Assembly (NCBI RefSeq): GCF_964355755.1
Contig: NC_092672.1
Span: 1,984,001-2,048,000, forward strand
Reading direction: 5' to 3'
Length of the DNA stretch: 64,000 nt
DNA from: Antedon mediterranea
Taxonomy: Eukaryota > Animalia > Echinodermata
Shown piece after piece: positions 1 through 14,000 of the stretch. Under the pieces are notes generated by a model. The model searched no databases and was not told the DNA's origin. It worked only from the letters and a program-made list of their open reading frames with translations. A program made the position numbers and the translations under genes. The first letter of the stretch is position 1. Each line of letters starts with the position of its first letter.

Positions 1-2044
1 TATATTTTAAATATTATAAACAAGGAGACTGCAGACAGTTGGTGTACCACTTAATGTCCTTTCCAAAGGACTCAATTAAACTTAAATATAGTACAGCATA
101 GATATATAACCAAATGTAAAAATATAAAGTAACACCGTTGACGCCACTCATCAATATATCGAACATCTATCAAAACAGAGATCTTAAATTTGATAAATAG
201 AGCACGCTGGAATTATATTACCGACGTAAAATAATAAGGACACAAAAAATAAAACGTTCAATAATAATAACGCAATAAAAACGATCAATAAAGATCACAC
301 GACATAATATCGTTGCTCTAATTACTATGAAATACGTAAAGATCAAGTTTCCCCCCATAATTTACGATGCAACATTCAAAACCTATATCACATTTTCAGT
401 TTCATGTAATCCTCTATAGGCTAATACAGGTTGAACAGTGGTGCCTCATGTGAATGCATAGGCCTACAGCACATTGAATCATGTAAACAAAGCTAAGAAA
501 ACATTCTAAACTCGTAGGAATTTCATGTAATTTCAACTAAACAAAAGAAGGGTAACAGGATGAGATTTTGAGTTAAGGAACATCTCATGTGCATAATAAT
601 ATGATCAAAGGTTAATTGCTTATCTGGTCTATTTAGGGACCATGACAAAATTATCTACTGCAGTTACTGCAGTAACTATGATCTTATCTTTAACTATCTT
701 AATTTGTTTACTATCTTAGGAAAGTTGTGAGATACACCATCATATGTTACAACTGCATCATATCGATTGCTTTTTATCAAGTCTATTTAGAGACAAAATG
801 ATTCTACTGCAGTTACTGCAGTAACTATCTTATCCTTACTATCTTAATTTGTTTACTATCTTGCATCATATTAATTATTTCTAACTAATGACAAAATAAA
901 CAGAAGAATAACATGTTTGAAAGTTTGCACTGGGTCGAGTCGGGACTCATTTTCAACAGGAAAAAGTAAACTTATTTATTATTCATCTTTTAACACCTTC
1001 TTCAAAGTACCTTTCCATTAAATGTTGTAAATATATAATGTTTACCTTGCACTACCTTGTTGAACAGAATGTTTTATTTAAAATTTCTTTCAATGAGTAA
1101 TGTAAACATAAGGACTACAATCAAGCGTACCACTTGGTATTCAGAAAGACCCTATGGAACTTGAACAAGTTAAGAATGTATGACCAGTTCTGGCTTACAC
1201 TAACAGATTACAAAAGGGAGTCTTGAGGTGGGTGACAAGAAAAAACATGTTGGCCTAAAGGCAGCAAAATCTTATGAGGTTAAAAAGGAAAAAACACAAT
1301 TGAGGTGAATAAGTGTTAACAGGAATAAATAAAGTTTTTATTATTATTATTATTATAGGTTTTTGGAATGGGTGCAAGGTGAAAAATGAGTCAGAAGATG
1401 GGAAGATATTTACTGGAAGATTATCAAGGGGGGGGGGGGGATGTTCTATAGGGTCAGAGGTTAAGAGGTATAAGGGTTAGGGTTAATAAATAGTTTTAAG
1501 TCATTTCACCCAGTACTATCTTATGCATGGATGATATGAAGTGTTATAAGCACATCGGTTGTCAAAAGCGGTGATGTATATATCGTAACTGTCAGACCTT
1601 GATCATATCTCCTGACTATGTAGTGTGCATAATCAATTATTTTAGTTGATTTATTTAAAATGACACGTTCTTGATTGTCATTCAAAAAAGATTCTGCTTG
1701 AAATTCTTTCATGGATACGACAAAGAAAAAAAAATAGATGAAAAATGGGATACTTGCTAATTAAAATTGACTGTTATAAGAAAAACACTAATTGGAGTTA
1801 GCGGTTGGAGGAAGGACACCAGATGAAACAGCCAAGAAGAGTTTCCAATTACTTAATAATCAGAGATGAAAGAAAAGACCAATTAAAAAGAAGATTGAAA
1901 TAACAATGATAATAATAAAATGGATTTATATAGTGCACATTCCACAACCGTGCTCAAAGCACTTTTTAAAAAATAAAAAAAAATTTCAAAAAAATAATAA
2001 AAAATACATTAAAAAAAAAATGATGCAAAATGTTGTGGGCTTAC

Positions 2045-5000
2045 CTTCGGATGGGCACGTTTTGGAAATGCAACTTTTGGATCAACCTGAAAAAAGCAAA
2101 ACATGTATTGTAAATAAAATATTTAGGACCACAACAAAATTGTTTATGTTCTGAGCAAATAACCGATTTTAAACTGTGTGAATAAAAATTCACATTTTCT
2201 TAGCAGTAGAAATGGGAAATTAATGTTTAAATAACTAGTTACATTCAGTGTCATTACATTACATTTTAATGTTAACTTAATAACACCCAATTTACTGGTA
2301 TTTTTTATTTAGTGTACAACAATTTAAGCAATTATCATGCAACAGGCCAAAAACTACAATTCCTATGATTAAAAAAGGTATACCTCATCATAGTTTATTT
2401 TAAGCAACCATTATGAGAATTTACTAATAGCCTTTGCATGATTAATTGCTTCTTTTGTTTATTCAATCTCTTTCTACAGCAGATGCAATAAATAAACATG
2501 GCATGTAGGACAAAGGAACACATAGTAATCAACTGGACACATAGCCCTCTTATTATTCTCCCTTAGTTTACATTCAATATAAACAGTGGGACAACACTAC
2601 AGATGCAAAAAGAGACAACAATTTTTTTTCTTTTTCTTTCACAATCACTAAATCCTTCTATAATTATTATGGTGATACAGTTGACTCTCCCAATAAAAGA
2701 CTCTCTGAAAACCAGAAACTCTCCAAACACCAGACTTTTCTTGAGGTCCGACCGAAAGGTCCTAAATTTCTTTTCTACCATTAAAACCAAATACCAGACT
2801 TTCTAAAAAACCAGCCATATTTGGCCAGCCCAACAGTGTCCGGTATTTGGAGAGTTGATTGCATTATAATATAAAAGAAAGTGTTCATTATACAAACTTT
2901 AAATTATAAACCTGATACACAAGCGAGAGAAAAGTGGATAAAATATAATTAAAGCATCTTAGTAATTATTAATATAATCCATATCAAAACACTTTTTAAG
3001 CATGTTTCTTAAACACAGATAAAACAAGCGCCTACTTAATATTTTGAATAAATAAAATACCTAAATAAGTTAATATTTTATCAATATTTTATTAAGAACG
3101 TTTCAAAAATCATAAAAATTTAATGTTTATTTGATGAATCATCGGACTTAAGAGATTTAACTTTAACAAAAATTAATTGTAGACATTGGATTTTATAAGT
3201 TCTTTTTTTGTGTTATAGGATGTAGAGTTAATTGTAATGAAGCAAATTGCATTGGGTGTGGTCAACCAAGTGGTATTGGGTGTGGTCAACAAAGTGGCAT
3301 TGGGTGTGGTCAACCAAGTGGTATTGGGTGTGGTCAACTACCATTCTTTTACTGCCAACCATTGTTAAGATTGAAAAAATATTTATTATTAAGATTAAAT
3401 TATCAGTTATAGCATGGAGGAATTTCTTCCATGGTTAAAGATTGAAACTATCAGTCTTTATTAAGATTGAAAACTAATCCTTAAAGCAAGGTTACTAATA
3501 ATAAAGCTTTTAATTAAACTTTGTGAAGAAATGACCAAATAAACATAATTACCTTCAATTAAAATATGTATTATTACTGGATTTTTTTTAATTATGTGCT
3601 TGACATTAAAACTGCCCTTAAGATGTAACCTATAATTCATTACACTTATATTAATTATTATTATAACAATAACAATAATCATAATAACAATAATTACAAT
3701 AATTAATAAATACAACAGTAGTAATGACTATAATTTGTATGTGTTTAAATTTTAAATGTAAATATGTATATGTTTGTATGATGTAGTATTTTTAAGCAGA
3801 TATTAGCCCTTGGTGGAATTTGCAGCAATCAAGAAATTGAATTGAATGTCTGAAACTGTATATTATAATTTGGCTTACAAAATATTTGTACATATGTACA
3901 GGTATGTATGGTTGTTTCAACAACCAAATATAGCCTATTCATTTTGTTTGTTCTTGTATACAAAATTTGTAATTTACTATCAGCGCCTCCTTTCTTATAA
4001 ATGTATTCTTACTTTTCAAAAATATACAATCTACTAGTGTAAAATATTGGACTGTAAATAACCTTATCTTAAGAAAACATCTAAAACATGAAATCAGGTG
4101 TAACCGACCATGTTCAGTATAATTTACGACACTTTCGTATTCTGTGGACAGTAAGTTATACTGTACTACTACCTACCAGCACTACATACATTAATATGAT
4201 GATGAAATGACTGACTTAATATTACATGAGAATAAAAATGGACAAATTTCAAAACGGGACCATTTGAATGATTTTGTCTACACTATTAAACGATTGATTG
4301 ACAAAAAAAGTGTGAAGTAACCAAACATGGTAGTTATATGCCCATATATAAATGGTAGTAATATGCCCATATATGGTAGTGATATGAATTCATCATGTCA
4401 ATATATGGGCACATCCCATTCATTTGTCACATAAAGTTTGATAGTGTAGACAGAGCTTTAGGATTCCATTGTACAATTACCATTCATCACTGTACATATT
4501 TTAGCTGCTAGAATGACACTGTTATGTAATGTTAAGTGTGAAAGGAGTCTAATTTGGAAATACATAAAAGTAGCAGTGGTCTATTTGACAAGTCACCTGC
4601 ATTGAGCACAGAAGACCCTTTTTCAAATCTTAGGTTAAGGTCAATTCGTAATTGTTACTGAATTTCCTAATGCTGTTTTCATCAATTGGGCTCATCAAAA
4701 AAAGTGTGCTAACCCTGTTTTCATACAGTAAAAGAAGTTTTACTTTAATCTCATGATTATTCCAACATTAATCTGATACTTTTTCACACACAACAGATGC
4801 ACTTCAGTTTAATCCAAAGGGCTGGTTTACATTGATTAAAGTTACCAATGATTTGAATTGCAGATGAACAACCTCGGGCTAAGAAAAAAAAGGTTGAAGT
4901 TTGCAATGTGACAAAAATGTAATCTCATTGCATAGGTAGGCTTACTTATCGTCTACGTATGTGTTCTCTTGTTTTGGTTAGTCTTTCTTCTCAGTTTTTT

Positions 5001-8000
5001 TCCTTCACCTACTTATGTCTATGAGCTAATGTTCCTTGTGGCAAATTTAACTGGCAACATGACGACATGAATATGTAACACACATTACAGTAGACGATCA
5101 AAGCTTGGACAGTATATTCGATGTCTATAATTCTAAATTAACTTAAATTTAGTGTACTACGTTAAGCTTCAATAAATGTTATAGGTGTGATATTACAGTT
5201 TTCGACTTGTATCTCTATATAGGAACAGTGTCATTCTATTCCTGTTCATTCAGGAATTTCAACAATTATGGTTTCCAAATTATCAACGGACTGTCTAATC
5301 TGTAAACATCATTACATTAGCTTATTGATAAAAATACTATTAGTTTGTTTTAGAGATAACGCCAAATCTATCACTAGGTTATTGTGTACACTCAATTGAA
5401 CAAAGACAAGTTCAGAACATCATAAAATGTTTGAAACAAAGAAATACAACAACTCTTATCATAAACATTACTTTTCTCTTCTTTTTCACCACACCAATAG
5501 AGAATGTAGGTTTAAAGGTCATAAGAACACTTAACCGACCACCCATTTCTCCTCACATTTTTTTTAGAAAAGAGAACCGAGAGAATTTATTAACACTGAA
5601 TAAATCTATTATTAGTCAAAACTCCCACAGTGCCCAGTGTGTGACAGACAGTGGCTATGTGTACTAGTACACCGGGGTAACCCCCCTCCCCCCACTCGTC
5701 TTGAAGGATGTACTAGGTTCTTTAAAGTGCACATGAGCTAGATGTGTACACTGGACCTCTGATTTATAGTCCTTATCGGAGAAGACTCGTTCTACCACCA
5801 CAACCATGGAGCGACTGAGCCTCGAACCGTTGCCTATGTTATGTGGCTATGTAATTGCGATTCCACTGTATTAATGGCATGGCCACGCACTCACCAAACC
5901 TTCACTCGTAGTATGTCTAGTTCCACTACCACGCCAACCACCCTCACACACTGTTACATTTACCCCTTAATTCTCTTACCTTTTTACTATCTACTTCATG
6001 TTTGACCTCTGCTAAAACATTATTGACGGAGTTGGGGTCAGAAAATGTTACAAAACCGAATCCCCTGAAAATACATAAAGAAAAATACGACTTTAAATAC
6101 TTAAAACAAATAAATAGATTAATGACCAACAAATGTATTAATGTTTATTGGACACAACTCATATATTCAGATTTTTATATCATACATACAAGAACTACAA
6201 AAAAAATTAAGAAAATACATTATTTTTGCATTAAAAAAGTATTAAAATCACATAAATTGTACAACATTCAAATATTGCAGAAAATAAAATGCCAAATTGT
6301 AATAAAAAAAAATTAGTCTATGTGTCAATATTTAACTATAAAGTTAGTTTATTGTATGGCATGGAAACAGTGTGGCCTTTTGACTGTCATTGGTCTATCT
6401 TTTTGGAATGAGGATTGGAATGATATGAGATGGAGAAAGTAAAAAAAATACATATTCAACAACATTTATTGTAAATTTCTTTAAAAGTAGAAAAACATGA
6501 ATACAATTATACAGTAGTAAGTAATATCAAGAAAGTGGCCGAGCGGTTAAGACAGTGGAACCGTAATTACGTAGCCATAACATCGGCAGGGGTTCGAGGC
6601 TCACTCACTCCATGGTTCTGGTGGTAGAACGAGTCTTCTCGGATAAGGACTATAAACCGTAGGTCCAGTGTACACATCTAGCTCGTGTGCACTTTAAAGA
6701 ACCTAGTACATCTTTCGAGACGAGTAGGGGGTTACCCCGGTGTATTAGTACATCACAGCCACTGATCACCAACTGGGCCCTCTGGGAGACCAGTCTTTGA
6801 CTGAAGAGGTTACCCAGTATAAATATATATTTCAATCAATTCAATAAAAAAAAAAAGATTCACCAAAATACACCTCCTTTGACCTATCCCCTAGGCTATT
6901 TGATCCATCCTTATTCAATTAACCAATCAACTTGTTTGTACCATAACAAACACAATACCTGTCAACATTTTTAGAACAATAGGCACAAACACAGCTAGTG
7001 ACATACTATGAAGTGGCTATTTCAATGGGACATTGATCTCCCTTTATAACTAAGTAAAAATCTAAACACTTTGAGAATGGTTACTAATAGACTACAACTA
7101 AATGGTCAAAACGAAGATAAAAAGTTAGAAAATACATCTACTTGTTTTTATTGATTAGTAACACCTGCTGAGAATATAACTGTAAAGTTTTACTACTGCT
7201 GTGTTGAAATAGAATAGTGTATTATGTTTAAGATGTTCTAGGGCTGTCTACTGAGTACAGTTTATTGATCCACTCTCTCTAATGTGTGAAAAGAATACAA
7301 AGGTAATCGATGAAGCCGGTAGGATTTTAAAGTTCTTAGTTCTATGGGAAATCATTTCTACAAACAGTACTAAAGAGATGATTCACGTAGCTTTAGAGCT
7401 AGCTTGATTTAGTACTAGTGGTAGGGTAGGGTAGTTATCAACCACTTCAGCAGGGCTAACCAATGTTTTTGGTGGTATGGCCAGGGTATCGACATAAATT
7501 ACTAGCCTAATGATATCATTAAAGCATTTTAGTTTTGTTCAGTTTGGGCAAGGAAAATGCCACGCGAGCAAATAACAGCTTTAAACTAATGTACCATGGG
7601 TAAGAACAAAATCGTACAATGTCTTGCTAGATTAATATCAAGAAAAGACAAACGAAATCACTAGCCTAGCTGGCAACGTTTATTACAGTAGGTGCTGTAA
7701 CAAGTATAGCAAACAAACAGTTATTAAACAACACTGCAGGGAATTTGACGATTGAAGAAATATATTCGTCAAAAAAAACAATTGATTCACTTAAGTGGTA
7801 ACTTATTCATTAGAGCTTTTAGCCTAGCTAGTAAAATGAATCAATCTTATTATTCCTTGACTACTGCTGTCGAGGCCAGCAAGTTACTTGCGAAATTCCA
7901 ATAATGTTTATGAACAGAATCAAGTACAAATACTGTCTTGAGGCCCTTAATAAGTTGTGAGCTTTTTAATTTAAAACGCATCATTTGTGTTGTATTAAGC

Positions 8001-11000
8001 AAACTGTTTGCCATTTCTCATTTGGAAAACAAAATGATTTGAATCGTATAGTTGAAAGTATAATCATCAAAGAATTCTTCTTTGTTTTTTCTCTGATGTT
8101 TTATCATTTGACTGTTTTTATGTATGATTTGTATGATGCATGCATGCATAAAACATTATTTTTTATGAGTTTTTAAAAATTGTGTTTTTATTTAAATTAA
8201 AGCATAATACAGAATAAATACTGTAAACGAAACATGTATTAAAAAATTGAAGGTTGAGAATTCAAATTCAGACATAATTTGTATTGATAAATTGAACATT
8301 TTTGAAAAACCAAAAATTAGCTGAAACCTAACCTTGGCAGTTTTGCTATTGTAGCTAAAAACCAGATGAATATTTTTAATAATATAATTTGTATTGTTTT
8401 ATTGGAAACCATAATTCTCTCTCTATTAATGTTACTATAACTTTAACAGGAACAATCAATTTTGTCAGGTGAATACACTTTTATCCAATTTTTATGACAA
8501 TGTTTTCTAAATTTATATTTTTTTTTTACTGCCATCTTTTAACCTTTTTATGTAATTTTTGTATTTTACCCCTTGGTGTCGTACTATTTGTATATTAACC
8601 ATTTCTGCTAATGTTTTATATGCGTAACAAGCAAAACAGTTTTCGAGCCAGAGTGCTTGACAAAATAAAAAAATTGAATTGAACAAATAGAGTATCGTAC
8701 GCACCACACTTTTTCCTTAACATAATTAGTATTGTTTTATTGGAAACCATAATTCTTACTTCATTAATGTTATTATAACTTTATTACAAGATCAGACAGG
8801 AACAGTCAGTAAATAAATAGGAATAACAACGACGGAATAAAATAATTGAATTGAATTATAATAGAGTATCGTACACAACACACCTTCAGCATGGATAACA
8901 AAGCAGCATCCATGGCATAATTATAGTAGGAAAGCCACAATCCTGGTTCCTGAGCTCAAGGCTACTGGGTAATTTCTTAGTTGTGTTTGTGATTTCCTAT
9001 TGCAAGGGAGCAATCATTCATAACTATTCTTTTCTTGTTTCCTTGGCTGTCATTGCACTTTTATAAAAGACTGGATTTGTTAAAGTTCATTGAACATGCA
9101 GAATTAGCTGCATTAGTACTATTCCAGTAAACAATTCACCAAGGAAAACGTTTTAAAGACAATGTATAGACTTTTTCTATATCACACTCACAGACCAAAG
9201 GCCTATTGGAAATTCAAGCAATGTTCCCACCACAAAGCTCTGTCTACACTATCAACCTTTATGTGCCATGCTCAATAATATGGATAATGTCATATCACTA
9301 CCAAATTTAGGCACATCAAACATTTTTTGTCAAACTAATTTGATAGTGTAGACAGAGCTTAAGAAAAGGCAACTTTAGATATCTTAACAACAAAACGTAA
9401 TATTTTTTTTCTTCAAAATGTTAATTTTATAATTGAAATGTAAATCACTAGATTTAGCAAAATAATATACTTTAAAAAAATGTAAAAAACCATTTCATAT
9501 ATAACATTTCTTAATAAACAAATAAATTATTCATTTTTTTTCATTTTCAATTCAATTTTCCGGTGTAAACTTACTTAAAGACATGACTCAGTTATTTTGA
9601 TTTCTCTATGCATTGAAGATGCTGAATTATTAAAGCAGAGACGATAGTATTGACATTTACACGAGAGGTTTGTGAAATTCGCAGTGTACTGTTCTCTTGT
9701 ATAGGTCATGATGTAGTTTCACATGTAGTACAGCCAGTCAATCTTAATCATGGTTACAACATCCCTAACATAAATATTTGGCAATATTTGATTAACTTCA
9801 ATTTTGTATGATTATGTGATAATATTTACTGTAGGTTTTCATTTATTAAGTTAAGGTTAAAAGATGTACAATTTATTTTGTCAGAGGATTGCTCAATGTT
9901 AAAGAAAGGTTCATTTTTTTTGTAACTTATAAAAAGTTAAATTAGATGAAAAACCACCGTTAACTGTAAATTCATACGGCATAAAATTTACATAATAAAG
10001 AATAAATTTATAATTCATATTTTTCTACATTTTCAAATTAAATTTTCTTCTTTTTGACATGAACCATATAAAAACAAAAATCATAGCTATATAAAGATGA
10101 TTAAAGCTAAGGCCGTGACTCTCTCGGTCACAAAACAGATCAAATTTTACACACCGGCGTACTCTCGCGAAGACTTATATCCCTTCGTCACATTATCCCG
10201 GAGTCTAATACGGCGTTTTAAAGCTATTCATTTTCTTGATGAACTTCATTAATGATCCCCAGTAATCTAAGAATTACTAGCTCTAGGGATCTTCTTGAAA
10301 GTTATCAAACGTGGTGGACTTCACCAGCCAGCCTGTGATGCTCCACTATTGAGAACATTGTACGATGATAAATTACTATAATAATGCATGGAATTTCATG
10401 TTCGTAAAGTAGTGCACAGCCATGCAATCATTATAATGTGAAGATGAACATTACTAAAGAAATCATCTTTTTCGAAATTGCTGCTAAACTGTGGTGGATT
10501 ATACAATACTTTAAAAAAAAATATAATATCGTCGTAGGTGTGAGGTTATTATCAGGACACAGGAGTGGGCAGTTGGTTGAAACTTCACAACCCAACATCG
10601 GATATAAATATATAAAGCTCTGTCTATACTATCAAACTAGTTTGACAAAAAAAAGGTGATATCCCAAAATGTGTATGGGCAAATCACATTTTGTTGTCAC
10701 ATAAAGTTTTATAGTGTAGACAGAGCTCAAGACCAGTATATTAATTGTTGTCTGTATAAGTATATTGTTTATGAACTTGTCGACAAAACAAATTACAATG
10801 TTCAGGAAATTGAATTTTATTTGCAGATATTCTTCCAGTTACTTTCAGATCATGTTTCAACATCCGTTTCTATTATGGTTTCACTTGATTTAATGACTTT
10901 CTTAACATCTAACATTTTTTAGTTTCATGATTATTGAAAATTGAAATGTATTGTATTGTACAGAGTACTATAGCTATCAGAACAAGGGGACCAGTGGCGT

Positions 11001-14000
11001 GACAGCTATTAGCACTTACTTGCTAAACCCAGAGAGCTTAAGAGTATGACCAGCCCCCTAGGAGTTGCTAAACCCAGAGGCCCCAGAGCTTAAAGGGCCC
11101 CTGAGCATGAACAGCTCACTGCAATTACCCAGCGTTATAGGCCCATACAGTAGGACCTGTACCTCCTGTGTCAAAGAAAGTCATGTCTCGGGTCCATTCT
11201 ATTGTCGCCATAGATTGACTTATACATTTGTACTTCTATGAATGGATGATTAGTTGGGAACATGAATGCTAGTTGATCATACCCAGTACCGTTTGATCGT
11301 ACGATCATTCGGGAAAAAACCTCGCCACTAAAGGGGACATGTTGCACTTTTACCTCTGTGAATCAGGCAATGAATCACCATAGATTAATTGTTGTTAAAA
11401 TGTTTCTTTGTGTTAATTTTGCAAGGTGTTTCAATAGAGTTCCTCCATACTTAATCCCTTTGTAGAGATACTCAAAACAAATAAATCATTATCATTAGGC
11501 AACACAACACAATTCAATTAATTGTATGCGTTGTATTTGTATATTTATACGGTACCGTTCTTATTTTTGTTTGAATTATTATTATTATTTTAGGGGTCAA
11601 TGTGAGACAAGTTCTACTTCTAATTTTGATCCCTAAGATGGTCTTATATTAATTGTTTATGATTGTTTATTGTAATATTGTTTGTTATATATTGTGACCA
11701 TCTTAAATAAATGTATTATTGAATTGAATTGAACACATCTGCAGGTTTCTTAATTGTGACTATTGTAATGTTGCTATTAAGTATTATTATAAACAAACCA
11801 TTGAATGTATTTAATCTAATTGAGATGTATGTCTAATTGAATGCGACAAATATATTGTCTTTATTATAAATTGTTTTCATTCATAGATCTCCACAAACCT
11901 TTCACTTAACAAAGACATTTAATAATTCATAAATAATATTTAATTGAAGAAACGTATTGATTCTGTTAAGGACAGCTCAAGTCTTGAATAAAACATGGCA
12001 CATCGATAGATTTAAAAAACGATGACTTAATTAAAATGTTATAATATCGACCGAACAATTACTTGATTATTTTCAACATTTAAATAAATAGAATTGAATT
12101 CCTATATCAACGCAATGAAAAATTAGTTTTTAACTATCAAACAAAAATGTTAATTCATAAAATAAAATTAATTTGTCATTTAATACTGAATTAATTATAT
12201 TTTATTTATTTTTGATATTGCTGAATATATTTTAATTGAAGGTTTTAGGATGTATTGAGGTCAATGGTATGAATATTTTCTCATATCCACTTTATAGTCG
12301 TCGACCAGTTTAAATGCCAATTTACACAGAAAATATATTGAAACTATTATTTCTTATGACCAGTTTCACAAATTGTGGAGAAGACGGGCAGTTGAGTGGA
12401 AACCTGCTCAGTACATATTATATTCTACGTGGGGCAAGGTACATGCTTTCGGGTATTGCTAAACCCCGCAAACCTCCAAGAAATACATAGCAAACCCCAC
12501 CGAACCAACATAAAAGTGATTGAATCATGTAGTGTACAACCCACTGGGTATATCCATATAAAAAAATATTAAATTTCTACTGTTAACTACTTATTTTTGG
12601 GGTAAAACATAATTTTTTGGTCAAAAATGATTGCTAAACCCTGCAAACCTCCAATCTTACAGTAGAGTACTATTTTATCTTTTCCTACCATTCCCTCCCG
12701 CCCCCCCCCCCACCCCTTCCTCTAAACTTTTCTGGCTAACATCACTGTGCCAGTATATATATAACTAATTAAATTATGTAGCCTACTGAATTTCTAAATC
12801 GCAATAAATGAATTAAGTCTTAAGTAAGCTGCTTAAATGTCAATATTAATTAAAACATTTTTTATTCATGATGCAGAACATGTCATTCATTAAACAAAGA
12901 CAACAAAGGCTTAATACGCATCCATGGAGCCAGATGTGGGCATGAGTCTTATCACAAAATGTGCTATTTATTCAGATGTGTCACCAATTTAACATATTAT
13001 AACCTTTGATTTTTATCATCTGTATCATTTAAAAACTACTACTAGTTTACATGACAAACAAAATATGACGACAGATTGTTTTTATTTATATATTTTTGTT
13101 TTCTTTCATTATTTTGCTCATTTGTTTTAGTTTGGTTGCACCACTAACGACAGTGTGTGCCATTGATAAAAAAGTTATGACCAATAAATAAATAATAAAT
13201 AATACAACATGCATTGATTAAAACAGTTCATAATAGAAATGACCCAAAACAACCTTTTTCGCAACATGATTATATTTTACCGCACCATTTGAATTTAGTT
13301 TTTGGGAGTATGTGAAACAAACAAATAATAAATTTCCAATGGCCGAAAGATTTCATTTTTGGTAGCTAACAAAGCTGCATTAACATATTAACTATAAAAC
13401 AATTGTAACCAGGAAGGACATTCTAAAATCTGTTAACAAAAAGAAAGTTTTGAGGTTATGAATGAGCCAGACACAAATTAAAGGTGTTTCAATGAAAACA
13501 CAAGGTCAAAATACTACAAATAACTAATTCCTGGAAGACTACATTCAACCATGATTTAACAGACAATATGGTATACTGTACTGTAAACTGCAGACTTACT
13601 ATTATTATAGGCAAAACCATGAGAATATATATTTATTGTAGTTAACTTTTTAAGTAAAATAAGATTTCCGACATTCTCAGGGCGTGGTCGTACTGGTCCA
13701 TCATGTTACAGGGGTATTATATACTGTATATAATTAAATTGTAAAGGTTAAAAAAATTGAAAATCATAAATACAAATCTATCTTTATGACAGAGTTTAAT
13801 CCCGATATTGAAATATTATATCAAAGATATTTTTGCAAGATCAAAACAAATATTAAAGAATACCCCAAACAATACAATAAATCTAATACTATAATTATAA
13901 TATATTATATTTCCATTCAATATTTTTATAGAAATTTGCATAAAATTTGCATATAAGATGAGATATAGATGCATATTTGATCACTTACCTTGAGCGTTTG

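Noticed and set aside
1150-1900. Possible additional Musashi exon or LINE remnant
   Set aside because: No exon encoding the expected MVTxTKKIFVGG segment was found, and the LINE similarity is too degraded to support.
3247-3715. ORFs MHWVWSTKW... and [10 protein letters not shown]...
   Set aside because: Products of a 24-bp tandem repeat and low-complexity (AAT/AAC)n sequence in a Musashi intron.
6533-6610. tRNA gene (also considered at 18445-18522)
   Set aside because: A and B boxes are present, but there is no clean cloverleaf and the sequence continues into SINE bodies.
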